Source: Eledone cirrhosa
Lineage: Eukaryota
NCBI GenBank assembly: GCA_964016885.1
Contig: OZ024754.1
Location: 1,860,001-1,924,000, forward strand
Length of the DNA: 64,000 bases
Reading direction: 5' to 3'
A program made the position numbers and the translations under genes. Positions within the stretch are counted from its first letter, which is position 1; each line of letters begins with the position of its first letter. Of this stretch, positions 61,490 through 64,000 are shown piece by piece. Below the pieces are notes generated by a model. It worked only from the letters and a program-made list of their open reading frames with translations, was not told where the DNA came from and did not search any database.

Positions 61490-61672
61490 ATAATGGTTTC
61501 TGATTTAGATAAAAGGTCAAGAATTTGAGTGGAGGGGAAAATGGAATCAAGAAGATCCCAGTGCGCTACTGGTACATTATATTTTCGACACTGTAAAGAT
61601 CTAAGACAAAACTACATTCGGCGGGATTTGATCTCAGAACCTAAAAGGACATAACTCTATGCCGTAAAGCCA
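61490..61672 (-). mobile_element. Older diverged SINE A-related copy
   Basis: ctactggtacattatattttcgac..ggcgggatttgatctcagaac. Confidence 0.7.
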
Positions 61673-61799
61673 TACTGTTAATGTGTATGCCCTAATGTTG
61701 ATATGAATGTTTTTTTCTGTTCAAACCTCAATCAGAACTGATGTAAAAAATACACATTACCAGATCTACAGTAACAGACAGATCCGATATTTATTCACC

Positions 61800-62240
61800 A
61801 CCACGGCTAATAACAACAACACCACCAACATCACCAACACCACGACCACGACCAATAACAATAACAACAACACCATCAACATCACCAACACCACCACCAC
61901 CACCACGACCAATAACAACAACACCACCAACACCACCACCACGACCAATAACAATAACAACAACACCATCAACATCACCAACACCACCACCACCACCACG
62001 ACCAATAACAACAACACCACCAACACCACTACCACCACTACCACCACCACCAATACCACCAACACCACTACCAACATCTACAAAAATAACATCATCTTCA
62101 CAACCAACAACAACGACAACAACAACAACAACAACAACGACAACAGCACCAATAATTGGAACAGCAACAGCAATACTATTAATGTCACACCACCACCAAC
62201 CACACCACCACCAACCATACCACCACCACCAACAACAACA
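61800..62240. repeat. (AAC)/(ACC) repeat with internal duplications
   Basis: Directly visible. Confidence 0.92.
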
Positions 62241-63943
62241 AGTAAACATATTTTATTCAAAATTAATCAGGAGTTCATTGAAGAAATTAACAAATTGCCA
62301 TGAACAGTTTAATAAAATAGTCATTGGTAATCCGACTAATTTAATGCCACATGTCTGGGGGAGGGTAATAATTGATATCACCTGACAAAATACTTAACAT
62401 TCGCTTGAAGTTCCTGTCATATTGTTGTTGATGTTGCTGTTGCAGTTGTGATCGTTGTTGCAGTTATTGATGATGATGATGGCGATGAAAATAGCATAGC
62501 TGATGAGGAAGCTGTTCGTTTATGTATATCTTAGCATATATGAATTTCCAATCTGATGTTATACATACGTATATACGTACGTACGTACGTACGTACGTAC
62601 GTATGTATATACGTATATATGCATGTATGTATGCAAGCATATATATATATGTATATATGTATGTTTTGTATGTATGTATTATCAATGTATGCATGCGTGT
62701 ATGTACGTATGTATGCATGTATATGTGTATATGTATATGTATGTGTATATATGTATGAATGTGTGAATGTATACATGTATGTATCTATCTAGTTAGCTAT
62801 TAAGATATCTATTTTCACTAATGTACCCACTATGCATGATACGATGTATTGAGTACCTCATTCATTGGTTGTCCTCTCTTTCCAAATACCGTGCACCCCT
62901 AACCCTATTGCGCGAGGGTGGAATTATTCGGTTTGGTGTCAGAGCGCAGAGTAAGGCCCCCGTGAGTGAGAGACCTCTAGTCCTTAATGGCCCTAAAACT
63001 TCATGGTCCTGTCACCCATGTATAAGGACACGGTCAAGTGATGGCATTTCTCAAATCTAGGATGCAGCCAGTGTATTTGTTTATATTATATAGATATACA
63101 TGTAGGTACCCATGTATGTAGGATGTTTGTCCCTTTTTCCCTGTATTATTTACTTAGTTGGTTTAAAAATCCAACTGTGTATTCTCTCTCTCTCTCCCCC
63201 CTCTCTCTCTCTCTACCTATACACCCCGCTACATACAAACACATATATTTATATATTCACATGTGTGTGAGTCGGTATGTGCCTATAATAGTAATAATAA
63301 TAATATTAACGATCATCATAATCATAATAATTATCATCATTATTATTATTCTTGCTGTTATTATTATTATTATCATAGTTGTTGTTGTTGTCGTTGTTGT
63401 TATCATCTCTCCTTCTCGTTACTTCCATAGTAAGATGTCTAATCTCGCTTGTTTTAAGCCTACTCGACAATTATAATAATACAATCTTCACACCACAAAA
63501 CTTAGCCCGAGAGGAAATAAGCAATCTTTATCAAGATTTTCGTCACTAAAAATTAATTTTCTCTCCAAAACAATGGCTACAGCTTGTAAAATTTTGATGT
63601 TCGTTTCGAAGAAAAACGAAAATATATAATCGAATATATATCACCCATTATTGATGATTGTTGCTTTTGCTTGTCTTTCTATTTTTTTTTTTTTTTTTGA
63701 GATTTCATTTTCTATCCTTTTTATTTAATTTTCTTAGGTTTCTCAATTTTATTGTTTTCTGTTATATTATGTGTATTAAGAGTATATCTTGTTAGGTTGC
63801 CTTAGAATCTCTCAACTACTTCACTCGTGAAATTAACTCTATATTTACCTACTGTATGTTTTTCTTCTTTCACAATAATCTACTGAACCTCATTTAATCT
63901 ATATATCTGTTTCTCTATGTTCAATTTCATGACTCTCTTTCTA

Positions 63944-64000
<57 letters not shown>

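Overview
AT-rich, microsatellite-dominated eukaryotic non-coding DNA, intronic or intergenic. The repeat families look like coleoid cephalopod (Octopus-type) ones, which is an inference from recall and not a database result. No intact host gene is evident: almost all long ORFs in the track are (AT)n, (ATAC)n, (AG)n or trinucleotide artefacts. Supported elements: a 3.8-kb Helitron with both termini and a decayed Rep/PIF1-helicase ORF (51197-54978); an RTE-clade LINE 3' fragment whose end is amplified as a 136-bp tandem array; an L1/Tx1-like C-terminal fragment; about ten copies of one tRNA-derived SINE, three with target-site duplications (TSDs); two MITEs; and many mini- and microsatellites. 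The most interesting signal is a set of short islands embedded in (AT)n tracts that carry type I hammerhead ribozyme motifs with palindromic stem III. One has an intact core (21486-21553) and several are degenerate or half copies. A four-copy family among them always ends at the same 3' nucleotide in (AT)n, and three of its copies fold back at the ribozyme. This suggests a microsatellite-targeting, ribozyme-bearing Penelope-like/retrozyme system.
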